A stretch of 64,000 nt of DNA, taken from Nitrospiraceae bacterium (GTDB lineage Bacteria > Nitrospirota > Nitrospiria > Nitrospirales > Nitrospiraceae). Both the position numbers and the translations under genes were made by a program. Within the stretch, counting starts at the first letter, position 1, and the number at the start of each line of letters is the position of its first letter. The notes under the pieces are model-generated. The model was not told where the DNA came from. It searched no databases and was given only the letters and a program-made list of their open reading frames with translations. Below are positions 8,916-18,248 of this stretch, one piece after another. The DNA lies in NCBI GenBank assembly GCA_050246315.1, contig JBFWWG010000007.1:32001-96000 (forward strand), read 5' to 3'.

Positions 8916-10904
8916 ATGATCGCTCCAACTCGACGCGGCGGTCTCCAACGCAAGTTTTTCTTCACCCTCCTGTTGGTCGGCATTCTTCCCGGGATTGCAG
9001 CCCTCGTCGCCACCTACCTGTACAGCACACACAGCCTGAAACACTCGATCGGCAGCGGGTTTCAGGAAATCGCCCACTCGGCCGCCCTCCGGCTCGCCGC
9101 CACGGTGGATACCGAGATCGATCGCGCCGAACGCCTGGCGCTCGTGCCGGTCTATATCAGACGCCATGTCGAATCCGCCAATGAACGGTACGAAGGGAAA
9201 ACTCGCGAGGACATCCGAGCCCTGCTCGACCGGATGCTCGCGACAGAAGGCCCGCAGCGCGGTATCGGTTCACCCGCCGCCCATCAGGGAACGATGGAAT
9301 ACCTGCAACAGTGGATCGCCAAGACCCGGTATTACATCGGCGTGACCGTCACCGATCGAGAAGGAGCCACGGTTGCCTCCAGCGATCCCGAGGCTCCTCT
9401 CCTCAATCGAAACCGACTCTGGTGGCAGGAAATCATGAGCGGAGGGGGCGCTGCCTACGTCAGCTCGCTGAGGTGGGATGGGGCCTATCAGGATTACGTC
9501 TTCGACGTGGCCGCCCCGATTCTCTCTCGCCAAGGACCGAATCCTATCGGGGTCGTGCACAGCCTCGTCCGCCGTGGGGTCTTGCTGCATACCGTGCTGA
9601 CGATTCACGTCGGCGAGACAGGCCACGGTATGCTCGTCGACACGGACGGGACCCCCTTGATCTGCCCGGTGCTGCCTCCCACCAGCCACCTGATTCACCA
9701 AGTCCTGTTGAATCAGTTCATGATCGACCAACCCACCTGGTTTGTGGCGGAGGATGACGCGCACGGCGGGCACCAAACCTTGGTGGGTTCCGCTCCCGTC
9801 CGCATCATCCATCCCCTGACGTCCAAAAGCCTGGGCGGCACCAGATGGTTTGCCTTCGTGCGCCAACAACCGGATGAGACCTATGCGCCCATCTACAACT
9901 TGTTGATCACCGTCGGCCTCATCGGCTTCGGATTGCTCGTGGCCCTGGCCTCCTCGGGATTCTTCGTTGGGCGACGGATCGTAGCACCAATCTCCTCGCT
10001 CCGGCAGGAGGCCGAGGAGCTGCGCCAGCAGTTTGCCGTACGGCAAGAGGGAGGTGGGAAGGCAACAGCGCGACCGGTCCAGCAGCATCCCGCTACCAAC
10101 CTCGATGAAATCGCCGACCTGACGCAGTCTTTTCACACCATGCGGATGGCTCTGGAGGAGAGCCTGTCCACGGTCCGCGATCAGCAGGAACAACTCGTCC
10201 GGCGTGAACGGCTGGCCTCCGTCGGACAGTTGCTGGCCGCCCTCGCACACGATCTGCGAAATCCGCTCGGCGTCATCAGGAGTTCAGCACAAATTATCCT
10301 GGACCGAAATCGGCCCGATTCGGTGAAGGAGGAGGTGGCGCGGTACGTGATCGACGAGGTTGACCGGTTGACCCACCGCATCAATGACTTTCTCCGGTAC
10401 GCGCGGCAGAAGCCGCCCGAACCGCAGCCCGTGGCCGCGGAGGAGCTCCTCCGAGAGGCCCTGCGTCACTGGAAGGCCCAGGCTGGACAGGAGCGCATCG
10501 TTGTGGACCGCCGGCTGGCGCCCGATCTCCCACTGATCTCAGTCGATCCGCATCAAGTCAAGGAAGCATTGGTCAACCTGTTCATGAACGCGAGCGAGGC
10601 GATGCCAGAGGGGGGAACCCTGACGGTCGGCACCAAACGTGCGGCCAGCGGCTCAGTGGAATTGACCGTGGCGGATACGGGCATCGGCATCTCCGAGGCC
10701 AACCTGCGGCGCATCTTCGAGCCGTTTTTTACGACCAAGGAATTCGGAACGGGATTGGGACTGACGAATGTGAAACGGTTGGTGGAAGACAACGGCGGGA
10801 CGCTGCAAGTCGCGAGCAAGGAGGCAGCCGGGACCGAATTCGTTCTCTATTTCCCAGAGTACAACGTGGCCGCGCCTCCTTCCGCAAGCCCGCATGATTC
10901 ATGA
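8916..10904 (+). CDS. Membrane sensor histidine kinase (Cache-like periplasmic domain, HAMP, HisKA, HATPase)
   Basis: Two TM segments, AHDLRNPL H-box, NASEA N-box, DTGIG, FFTTK..GTGLGL. Confidence 0.93.
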   Translation: MIAPTRRGGLQRKFFFTLLLVGILPGIAALVATYLYSTHSLKHSIGSGFQEIAHSAALRLAATVDTEIDRAERLALVPVYIRRHVESANERYEGKTREDIRALLDRMLATEGPQRGIGSPAAHQGTMEYLQQWIAKTRYYIGVTVTDREGATVASSDPEAPLLNRNRLWWQEIMSGGGAAYVSSLRWDGAYQDYVFDVAAPILSRQGPNPIGVVHSLVRRGVLLHTVLTIHVGETGHGMLVDTDGTPLICPVLPPTSHLIHQVLLNQFMIDQPTWFVAEDDAHGGHQTLVGSAPVRIIHPLTSKSLGGTRWFAFVRQQPDETYAPIYNLLITVGLIGFGLLVALASSGFFVGRRIVAPISSLRQEAEELRQQFAVRQEGGGKATARPVQQHPATNLDEIADLTQSFHTMRMALEESLSTVRDQQEQLVRRERLASVGQLLAALAHDLRNPLGVIRSSAQIILDRNRPDSVKEEVARYVIDEVDRLTHRINDFLRYARQKPPEPQPVAAEELLREALRHWKAQAGQERIVVDRRLAPDLPLISVDPHQVKEALVNLFMNASEAMPEGGTLTVGTKRAASGSVELTVADTGIGISEANLRRIFEPFFTTKEFGTGLGLTNVKRLVEDNGGTLQVASKEAAGTEFVLYFPEYNVAAPPSASPHDS

Positions 10905-10957
10905 TTGATGACGGTCAGAAGGAGTGCGCGAACGACCGGAATCCCATGGTTGCCGAC

Positions 10958-13717
10958 TCAGGGTTTGTGCGGTTGTGATGTGTCTCGTTCCAGCCGTCGC
11001 GTCGCAGGCCTGACCAACACCTCCCGCACTTTTTGGAGTAGGGTATCGGGGGGAAAGGGTTTGTAGAGAAACCAGGCCTGGCCTGTGGGAAGTCCCTGAA
11101 GCAAGAGCGAATCGGGCGCGTATCCTGAAATGAACAACACGCTGACCGTCGGAAAACGCAGGATGACTCTGTCGGCCAACGTGCGTCCTGTCATACCCGG
11201 CATCACCACATCGGTGATCAAGAGGTCGATCGGCAGCTTGTTTTCGGCACAGACTCGCAGCGCCTGTTCCCCATCGGCCGCCTCCAGCACGCGATACCCC
11301 TTGTTCTTGAGGAGATCGCGCACGAAGGTCCGCACGATGGTTTCATCCTCCACCAGCAGAATCGTCTCCGACCCCTCCGGCGTGCTGGTCGTGAGGACCG
11401 TTCGTTCGACGGGCTCCGCCGCCTTCTCGCTTCGCGGCAGGTAGACCATGAAGGTGGAACCTTTCTTCGGCACGCTGGTCATTTCCATGAATCCGCCGCT
11501 CTGGGTGACCACCCCATACACCATGGACAGACCGAGACCGGTGCCTTTGCCGACCTCCTTGGTGGTGAAAAAGGGCTCGAACACCCGCTTCTGCGTCGTC
11601 TCATCCATGCCGGTGCCGGTGTCGGTAACGGCCAGCCGGACATAGGGCATCGACTGGATCGTGCCGAACACCTGTCCGTGCCGAGGTCTGACAACTTCCG
11701 CCGCATCCATATTGACGGTTTCGATGATCAGCCGACCGCCTCGCGGCATGGCATCCCGCGCATTCACCGCCAAATTCATGATGACTTGTTCGAACTGCGC
11801 GGCATCGGCGTCCACCGACCACAGATCCGGAGACAACACCGTGTTCAATTGAATGTTTTCTCCGATCACACGAGTGAGCATCCTCGTCAGGGTCTCGACC
11901 ACGACATTCACATTGATCGTCGTCGGCCGTAAGATTTGCTTTCGGCTGAAGGCCAGGAGTTGGTGGGTCAACGCGGCGGCATGACTTCCGGCTTTCTTCA
12001 TCTCGCGGGCCGCATGCACGACCGTATCGACCGGCAACGAACTGTCACCGAGCATATCGCTGTATCCATTGATAACGGTCAACAAGTTATTGAAGTCATG
12101 GGCGATGCCGCCGGCCAACTGCCCGACGGCTTGCATCCGTTGTGAATGGATCAACTGCTCCTCTAATCGTTTTCGCTCTGTCACATCGGTCAGGGACCCC
12201 GATATCCTGATCGGACGCCCGGCCTCGTCCCAGATCGCCTGCCCCCTCGCCCTGAACCAGCGATATTCCCCCTGCTTGGTTCGCAGGCGATATTCCACGT
12301 CGTAGGGAACCTTCCGCTCGACATGTGCCGCGAGCGCTCCGAATATCCGTTGCTCATCGTCTGGATGCAGATGGGTCGCCCACGACTCCAGCACGTCCGG
12401 AAACTCATCGTCGCGGTATCCGAGCATCTCCTTGAACCGCGGTGACCGCCAGACCGGAGTCTGCGGACTATGCCAGGGTTCATCGGGCAGCGTCCGGCTA
12501 TCCCACAGGCCGTCGCTTGAACCGCGGACGGCCAGGTCGAGCCGCTCCATCGCCTCCCGTAGCGCCTTCTCCGCCCGATTGCGCTCGCTGGCTTCCATCG
12601 CCAGTGTCACCATGGAGGCGAACGACCCTGCGAGGCTCTGCTCCTCGATCGTCCAAGCCCTCGAGCCGCCGAGGTGCTCGTGACAAAGCACGCCGACGAC
12701 CTGACCCTTTACCCGGATCGGAGCGTCCAACATGGCCCCAATCCCCATGGGAATGAGATAGGTTTGGGTCAATTCGCACGTTCCAGGATCTGTCCTGGCG
12801 TCATTGGCCGAAATCGCCCGTTCCTCCCTCTCCAGCCCGAGGAAGTAGGAAGGATAGTCGCGCGTCCAGAGCACCTGGCCGGTCGAGTGTTGCCCCGTGG
12901 CAGATTCATAGAGGTCCTGCAATTCGATCGCGCTGCGATCCGCCCTATAGAGCCAGATGCTTGCGCGCCCCACCAGTAACGTCCGCGTCGACACTTCGGT
13001 GATAACTTGAAAAGCCCTGGGCAATTCCCCTCCGTGAACGGCTGGATGCTTCGCCAGCTCGATGAGGGCATTCTGATGGACGGCCATCTGCTGTATCTTG
13101 CGCTCCTCCTCCGCCTCCGCCCGCTGCCGCTCCAATTCGGCGCCGGCACGCGCCGCAATAATGGTCAGGACCCGCCTGGCGTCCAATGGCATGCTCATGG
13201 GCCGGTCGTGCATCACGGCGAGCAATCCCAGGACCACCCCTCCGCGGTCAAACAACGGGGCGCCGCAATAGCTATCCACTCCCCTCTCCACGAGAAAGCG
13301 AACCTGGGGGAACAAGTCTTGAACGCCGCGCTCGTAGTAGCAAATCTCTTGGTTCATGACGTTCGCGCAAGGTGTTCCGGCCGGATCATATTCGAAGTTG
13401 TCGACCAAGGCGTCATTCGCCCAGAAGGCCCGCGTCCGCACCCGATCCACGCAGCCCGGGATCGCTTCCCCGACCAAGGCATACCGGACCTTCAAGACGG
13501 AGGCGAGTTCCATAACAAGCGAACGGAAGAAATCATCTCCCGTCACAGGGGCCGTGGCTGTAAACATGCTGCTCAATGCAGCGGCCTGCTCATGGATCTG
13601 TTGGGTCGTTGATTCGCTCACGCCGACCAGGCTTTCCTGAATGGTGTGGTCCAGTTGCACTTCATCGAGATGACGTTTGAGCTGAGCGGCTTGACGGGAT
13701 TCTGCATCATCGGACAT
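10958..13717 (-). CDS. Cytoplasmic hybrid histidine kinase (GAF-GAF-PAS-HisKA-HATPase-REC)
   Basis: GAF 'GTPCANV', PAS 'HPDD...EYRLRTKQGEYRWFRARG', AHDFNNLL, NARDAM, C-terminal receiver (VEDE, TDVVMP, KP); start may be 13717 or 13747. Confidence 0.93.
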   Translation of the reverse strand: MSDDAESRQAAQLKRHLDEVQLDHTIQESLVGVSESTTQQIHEQAAALSSMFTATAPVTGDDFFRSLVMELASVLKVRYALVGEAIPGCVDRVRTRAFWANDALVDNFEYDPAGTPCANVMNQEICYYERGVQDLFPQVRFLVERGVDSYCGAPLFDRGGVVLGLLAVMHDRPMSMPLDARRVLTIIAARAGAELERQRAEAEEERKIQQMAVHQNALIELAKHPAVHGGELPRAFQVITEVSTRTLLVGRASIWLYRADRSAIELQDLYESATGQHSTGQVLWTRDYPSYFLGLEREERAISANDARTDPGTCELTQTYLIPMGIGAMLDAPIRVKGQVVGVLCHEHLGGSRAWTIEEQSLAGSFASMVTLAMEASERNRAEKALREAMERLDLAVRGSSDGLWDSRTLPDEPWHSPQTPVWRSPRFKEMLGYRDDEFPDVLESWATHLHPDDEQRIFGALAAHVERKVPYDVEYRLRTKQGEYRWFRARGQAIWDEAGRPIRISGSLTDVTERKRLEEQLIHSQRMQAVGQLAGGIAHDFNNLLTVINGYSDMLGDSSLPVDTVVHAAREMKKAGSHAAALTHQLLAFSRKQILRPTTINVNVVVETLTRMLTRVIGENIQLNTVLSPDLWSVDADAAQFEQVIMNLAVNARDAMPRGGRLIIETVNMDAAEVVRPRHGQVFGTIQSMPYVRLAVTDTGTGMDETTQKRVFEPFFTTKEVGKGTGLGLSMVYGVVTQSGGFMEMTSVPKKGSTFMVYLPRSEKAAEPVERTVLTTSTPEGSETILLVEDETIVRTFVRDLLKNKGYRVLEAADGEQALRVCAENKLPIDLLITDVVMPGMTGRTLADRVILRFPTVSVLFISGYAPDSLLLQGLPTGQAWFLYKPFPPDTLLQKVREVLVRPATRRLERDTSQPHKP

Positions 13718-13794
13718 GACGCCCCCTGGATCGATCTCGCCGCACACTCTCCGATCTGCTCCTTATTGAATGAACTCCCAATGAGCAACTCCCA

Positions 13795-13950
13795 GTGATG
13801 TCACGCCATTCGTGTCACTGTACGAAGAACGTGCTGCCTTCACTCCAGGTTCAGCCGGGTGAAGATCGAATCGAGGCGCCGCTCCACCTTCTGGACGTTG
13901 ACAACGCACACCATCGATCGAGTCCGCCGGCGCACCTCGACGAAGCAGCG
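13795..13950 (-). mobile_element. IS256-family transposase remnant (C-terminus plus probable right end)
   Basis: Minus strand reads RCFVEVRRRTRSMVCVVNVQKVERRLDSIFTRLNLE*RQHVLRTVTRMA*, resembling the IS256 C-terminal 'ERxFxEVRRRTR' segment; in-frame TGA at 13842-13840; followed by IR-like TGACATCAC. Confidence 0.72.
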
Positions 13951-13967
13951 GTCCTGGATGGTGGAAA

Positions 13968-14005
13968 CCATGGCGAGGAGGTCACACCATGGCGCTGAGG
14001 TCACA
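13968..14005. repeat. Tandem 19-bp imperfect direct repeat
   Basis: ccatggcgaggaggtcaca (13968-13986) and ccatggcgctgaggtcaca (13987-14005), 17/19 identical. Confidence 0.8.
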
Positions 14006-14218
14006 TTCTGCAATCACGCTGCTCCCGTTTGGGCATAGGCCTACCAACTGGCTCGATCGCGAATCTTACGCGAATCGACAATGAATGCAACGAGAAATCG
14101 GCGACGACATTCTCCCGGCAAACGTGGCAAGGAGAGAGGAGACGACGGGCCCCGGGAAAACACCCGCCAACGGAGGCGGTCCTATGTGTGATTGCAAGAC
14201 CTGCCAGAATCACTTTGA

Positions 14219-14398
14219 CCGACCAAGGAATTCGGGAGGGGCTTGGGCCTGACGAACGTGAATCGGTTGCTTGAAAACAAGGGCGGGCCCCTGCAGGACG
14301 CGAGCAAGGAAGGAGTCGGGACCGAATTCGTTCTCGATTGTCCCGCCTACAACGGGACGTCCGCTACCGTCGGGAACCCCTCCCCCGACAGTGGATGA
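14219..14398 (+). pseudogene. Decayed duplicate of the 3' end of the 8916-10904 histidine kinase
   Basis: Translates PTKEFGRGLGLTNVNRLLENKGGPLQDASKEGVGTEFVLDCPAYN versus TTKEFGTGLGLTNVKRLVEDNGGTLQVASKEAAGTEFVLYFPEYN; about 84% nt identity over 120 nt with 10731-10850 (hand count). Confidence 0.9.
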
Positions 14399-14455
14399 CC
14401 CTGTACGATACGGTTGTCCGGAGGCTCCGATGGCCGTCCGATCCGGAACATTCAT

Positions 14456-16054
14456 TCACGGCGCGTCGGCGGCGCATCGGAATCCCAAGGTGGGTCCCCA
14501 ATAGGTCATCTCGTCCCATCCGCGATAGCTCGTCTGGAGTTCGAGTGGACCCTGCCCCCAATCACCGCCTCGAAGGACCCGGAACGAACCTCTCGGCGGT
14601 CCCTGAGGGTCGCGCGGTGGAGCCACCGCATAAAAGTCCTCGGCATACCAGTCCTTGACCCACTCCCACACGTTCCCGGTCAGGTCCAGCGCACCATAGG
14701 GGGATGCTCCCTCCTGGAAACTCCCAACCGGTTGCGGCTCACCATGGTTCGTCTGGTTCTCGCCGTTCTTTCCCCGGCTGAGAATCGGATCCCTGTCGTT
14801 CCCCCAGGCATAGCGTCTCCCATCGACTCCCCGCGCGGCCTTTTCCCATTCCGCTTCGGTGGGCAATCGCTGGCCGGCCCACTGGCAAAATGTGCGGGCT
14901 TGCATCCAGGTCACGCTGGTCACGGGATACTGGCCCAGGGCTTGATCCTCGAATGGGGCGCGGACCTTGGGCGGCTGGCAGACTCCCGCCTCCACGCAAC
15001 GGCGATAGCGGGCATTCGTGACTTCATACTTGTCGATTCGATAGGCGCTCAAGTGCACAGCATGCACAGGTCGCGCATCCGGCAAGCCATCGTCCGATCC
15101 CATCAGGAACTCCCCCTCCGGGATCAGCAACAGGTCCTCGTGAGCGACCACGTCGCGCGCCCTCGGCCGCTGGATCTCGGTCTGTTGGACCGGCGCGGAA
15201 GGCTCCCGCTCCCTGGATGCGGAGGGACCGGGATTGGACTCGCGCGCCGGGCGATCGTTCGACGCACGTGGTGGACGAGACGAGGTGCCGGCCTCCTCGG
15301 CCTTGGCTCGCGCCGAGGTCCCCGCGCCAGGAGACGGCGGATCGCTGCGCACGGTTTCAATCCGGACCGTCACACGCGCGAGTTCACGAACGAGGTCGCC
15401 GTTCTTGTCGTCGGCCTTGGTCTCTCGACGGGTTTTGCCGATCGCGCTGAAATCAAACTCGGGGATGTTGGCGAGCAATGGCGTGGCGTAACTCAGCGGC
15501 ACGGCGAACGACATCCCTTCGGGAATGATGCCCGATGGATGGCTGAATTTGGTCGTCAGGATCCCGATGATTTCGCCGCGTCGGTTGAACACCGGCCCTC
15601 CGCTATTTCCTGGATTGATCGCGGCATCGACTTGAAACACCCGCCGCACTCCCTTGGTGCGCATCGCCGCGATCCGGCCACGCGTCACCGAGATATCCTT
15701 CAACCCGAACGGGAAACCGATGGTGATGACCTCCTGGTCCAGTCGGACCGATCCGGCATACCCGAGCGCCGCCTCGGAGAGTCCCACGGTATCGATTTTG
15801 AGCAGGGCGAGATCGTGCTCCTGATCCGAGCTCACGATCAACGCCGGCGCGCGAAACTCGCCGGGCGTGACCACAACGATGCGCCGCGCGCCCGCGACCA
15901 CATGGTACGCCGTCAGGATGTAGCCGTCGGAATGGACGATCGCACCGCTGCCGGACGGTCGTTCGGACGGTAGAGCCGAGGGCTCCGCCGCGCCGAATTG
16001 CGCCTGCAGCAGGACCAACCCTCCGAGAAGGACGAACAATCGGGCAGACGTCAT
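14456..16054 (-). CDS. Exported trypsin-like (S1C) serine protease fused to a C-terminal FGE-sulfatase (SUMF1-like) domain
   Basis: Signal peptide; TAYHVV/DLALL/GNSGGP triad; FLMGS, RLPTEAEWEKAARG, DLTGNVWEW, GFRC; ATG overlaps the upstream stop (ATGA). Confidence 0.9.
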   Translation of the reverse strand: MTSARLFVLLGGLVLLQAQFGAAEPSALPSERPSGSGAIVHSDGYILTAYHVVAGARRIVVVTPGEFRAPALIVSSDQEHDLALLKIDTVGLSEAALGYAGSVRLDQEVITIGFPFGLKDISVTRGRIAAMRTKGVRRVFQVDAAINPGNSGGPVFNRRGEIIGILTTKFSHPSGIIPEGMSFAVPLSYATPLLANIPEFDFSAIGKTRRETKADDKNGDLVRELARVTVRIETVRSDPPSPGAGTSARAKAEEAGTSSRPPRASNDRPARESNPGPSASREREPSAPVQQTEIQRPRARDVVAHEDLLLIPEGEFLMGSDDGLPDARPVHAVHLSAYRIDKYEVTNARYRRCVEAGVCQPPKVRAPFEDQALGQYPVTSVTWMQARTFCQWAGQRLPTEAEWEKAARGVDGRRYAWGNDRDPILSRGKNGENQTNHGEPQPVGSFQEGASPYGALDLTGNVWEWVKDWYAEDFYAVAPPRDPQGPPRGSFRVLRGGDWGQGPLELQTSYRGWDEMTYWGPTLGFRCAADAP

Positions 16055-16830
16055 TTCTTGATCGGGATCACCACGCTGATCGCCCCGGCGTTGTGGCCGA
16101 GCTGAAGCCCTTCCTTGGGATAGCCCATCTTGTCGATCGCCCCCTTCGGCTCGCCATGGCAATCCAGACAGTGCCGCGTGGCATACAAGGGAAACATGAG
16201 TCGCAGTGCGCCACTCCGCACCGTGATCTCGGTGATGGTCTTTTCCCTCGGATAGCTTGGATCGGAGAAATCCCGCAAGGCGGCCTGTTCAAACGGATCG
16301 GGGGCGTTGAGAGGATTGCGTGGAGCCAGCGAGGTCTGTTTCAGCCGGACTCCGGTCTGTTTCGTGAATTGGGCGGCTGTTCGTGCGCCGAACACGGCCG
16401 GGATGAACCCGGTCCTCCCACCATCTGAGCGGTCGGCCTGACCCTCCGCTTCCGTTACCACCCGTTTACTGACGGAGACCAGTGCCTGGAGAAGGCGAGT
16501 GGCCTTCGCCGACAAGCGAGCCGTGTCCAGATGGTTCAGGTCAACACTCGAACGGCTCCGGAAGACTTCGATGAGCTGCCGCTCGAAGACCTCCGCTGTG
16601 AATTCTTTTGAGTCGTGGCTGGCACCATCGAAGAGAGGCTGGTTCTCGTTGATGACCGAGCGTCCTGAATCGAGGAGCACGGCCAGGAGCCGTGCGGTTT
16701 TCTCTGTCTCGATCAGTGCGTCGAGGGTGGGACCAGCATCACCCTTGCGAGGCGAGGCAGGTTCCGCAAGCACTGTGGCGGCGCCAACCAGCCACACGGC
16801 CATTCCCCACCGCAGGACCATCTGCGTCAT
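16051..16830 (-). CDS. Periplasmic DUF3365/Tll0287-like c-type heme protein
   Basis: Signal peptide, 'PRNPLNAPDPFE', CLDCH heme motif, GAISV; GAGGAGG RBS before ATG 16830. Confidence 0.85.
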   Translation of the reverse strand: MTQMVLRWGMAVWLVGAATVLAEPASPRKGDAGPTLDALIETEKTARLLAVLLDSGRSVINENQPLFDGASHDSKEFTAEVFERQLIEVFRSRSSVDLNHLDTARLSAKATRLLQALVSVSKRVVTEAEGQADRSDGGRTGFIPAVFGARTAAQFTKQTGVRLKQTSLAPRNPLNAPDPFEQAALRDFSDPSYPREKTITEITVRSGALRLMFPLYATRHCLDCHGEPKGAIDKMGYPKEGLQLGHNAGAISVVIPIKK

Positions 16831-16895
16831 CGGCACCTCCTCACCCACCCATCGGTCTGTTGAACCCAACGGTCAATGGGAGAGGCAGATGATCA

Positions 16896-16978
16896 CGGTC
16901 TCGGAATCCCCGGCTGGTACCATGCCTGGAGATTCCAAGACCGGTACGATGGTAATCGGCGCCGGAAAGACAAGTCAA
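16896..16978 (-). promoter_or_regulatory. Sigma70-like promoter followed by a 16-bp 5' stem-loop, upstream of the DUF3365 gene
   Basis: TTGACT(16978-16973)-18-TACCAT(16954-16949); stem cggtcttggaatctcc/ggggattccgagaccg whose two mismatches are G-U pairs only on the minus strand. Confidence 0.55.
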
Positions 16979-16990
16979 GGCACGCCGACG

Positions 16991-17497
16991 CTATGGGGAT
17001 CGAGACACATCGATGACGACATTGTCGGCATCCAGCTCGACCTCAACCGGCATGCCCTCCGCGAACGTCGAGAATTTGCTCCCGGCCAGACTATCCACTT
17101 CAAAGATCTCGGTGCCGTCCGGGGTCGAAATTGTGATCTCGCTCCAAAACGCGTCGCTGTAGGTGAGCCTCCCCGCGATCACCCGATGGTCCGGCGCCGG
17201 CAAGCCGTCGGCGCGCGCATCGATCAGCACGTTCCCCGAATCGACCCACAGATTGACCCGATCGCCGATCTTCGCATTATGCAATCCAACACGATCGACC
17301 CGCCTAGGACTGATCGCCCGCGCTTGCAGCCCGACGGGAGGTTGTACGAACAGCATGCCGGAATGGATCTTGGAGACCACTCCCGTCATGCCATAGTAGT
17401 GGCTGGCATCCACCATGCCCGGTTCATCCGCCGTCACCGGGACAACCACGCAGAGGAACAGCATGCTTCCCGCCATGAACGCTATGGCCAATCGCAT
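16991..17497 (-). CDS. Hypothetical exported protein
   Basis: AAGGAGGT RBS, signal peptide MRLAIAFMAG...VTA, beta-rich mature part. Confidence 0.8.
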   Translation of the reverse strand: MRLAIAFMAGSMLFLCVVVPVTADEPGMVDASHYYGMTGVVSKIHSGMLFVQPPVGLQARAISPRRVDRVGLHNAKIGDRVNLWVDSGNVLIDARADGLPAPDHRVIAGRLTYSDAFWSEITISTPDGTEIFEVDSLAGSKFSTFAEGMPVEVELDADNVVIDVSRSP

Positions 17498-17591
17498 GAC
17501 ATTCACCTCCTTACGATGGGCAATGTCCTCAACACCAGCCCCTTTCACTCGACGCCTCACCCACATTCTTCATGACGGTTCGTGACGTTCC

Positions 17592-17618
17592 ACCCGTAGC
17601 ATCTCCGCAGCTACGGGT
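17592..17618 (-). terminator. Stem-loop downstream of the 17660-18028 gene
   Basis: acccgtagc-N9-gctacgggt perfect 9-bp inverted repeat; no clear U tract. Confidence 0.4.
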
Positions 17619-17659
17619 CGCACAGCGACTGCGGCAGAAGCGTTCATGAATCATGCGGG

Positions 17660-18028
17660 CTAAGGAACCGAGGGCGCCGAAATCGGCACCATAATCCCAT
17701 ACTCCTGCACCGGGGTGATCAGAACCGCGAAGTTGAAGAGTTCATCCGCGGCCACATCATGAATGCCATAGTCCCGATTGCGGAGCATCTTGAACCACTG
17801 GCCCATCTCCATCCGGACGGCCCGCTGATCCCCTTTATCCACGGCCTCCCGCACCAACATCAGCTTGTCCTGATAGGGCGCCCAGTCTGAGTTGGGGTAG
17901 CTTGTCTTGTAGAAGTTGACCGAATTCGACAGCTCATCGATCCAGCCCGTCTCGGCTGCCGTCGCGGTCGGGACGAATGCCAGCAAGCCGATCCCGAGGA
18001 TCGTCACTAACATAGCTCGTTGCATCAT
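17660..18028 (-). CDS. Hypothetical exported protein
   Basis: GGAGGGG RBS before ATG 18028, signal peptide ending ATA-AE, helical mature part. Confidence 0.8.
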   Translation of the reverse strand: MMQRAMLVTILGIGLLAFVPTATAAETGWIDELSNSVNFYKTSYPNSDWAPYQDKLMLVREAVDKGDQRAVRMEMGQWFKMLRNRDYGIHDVAADELFNFAVLITPVQEYGIMVPISAPSVP

Positions 18029-18035
18029 GGCCCCC

Positions 18036-18248
18036 TCCATACCGACCTTCGGTTGAGCCGGCGGCTCATCGGGCGAAGCCCTTCCCCATTGACGCCGCCG
18101 GAGAAAGCCCTCAAGTGATCTGCTTCTTCTGACCCAACCTTCGGTTGAGCCGCCCGCCCGTTTGATTGAGCTTGGCGGTCGGGAAACACGCCTCATGGAA
18201 TTCGCTTTGTCCGGCTTCCATACCAACCTTCGGTTGAGCCGGCGGCTC
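18036..18248. repeat. Three regularly spaced palindromic repeats (about 90-bp period)
   Basis: tccataccgaccttcggttgagccggcggctc (18036-18067), ccaaccttcggttgagccg (from 18134), tccataccaaccttcggttgagccggcggctc (18217-18248). Confidence 0.9.

Noticed and set aside
10731..16054. Diversity-generating retroelement (diverged repeat pair near an FGE/C-lectin-fold gene)
   Set aside because: The repeat copies a kinase tail, not the FGE gene; mismatches are not adenine-specific (7 of 19 in one copy); no reverse transcriptase in the window
18036..18248. CRISPR array
   Set aside because: Only three units, the middle one degenerate, spacers of about 60 nt, no cas genes or AT-rich leader; kept as an unexplained repeat
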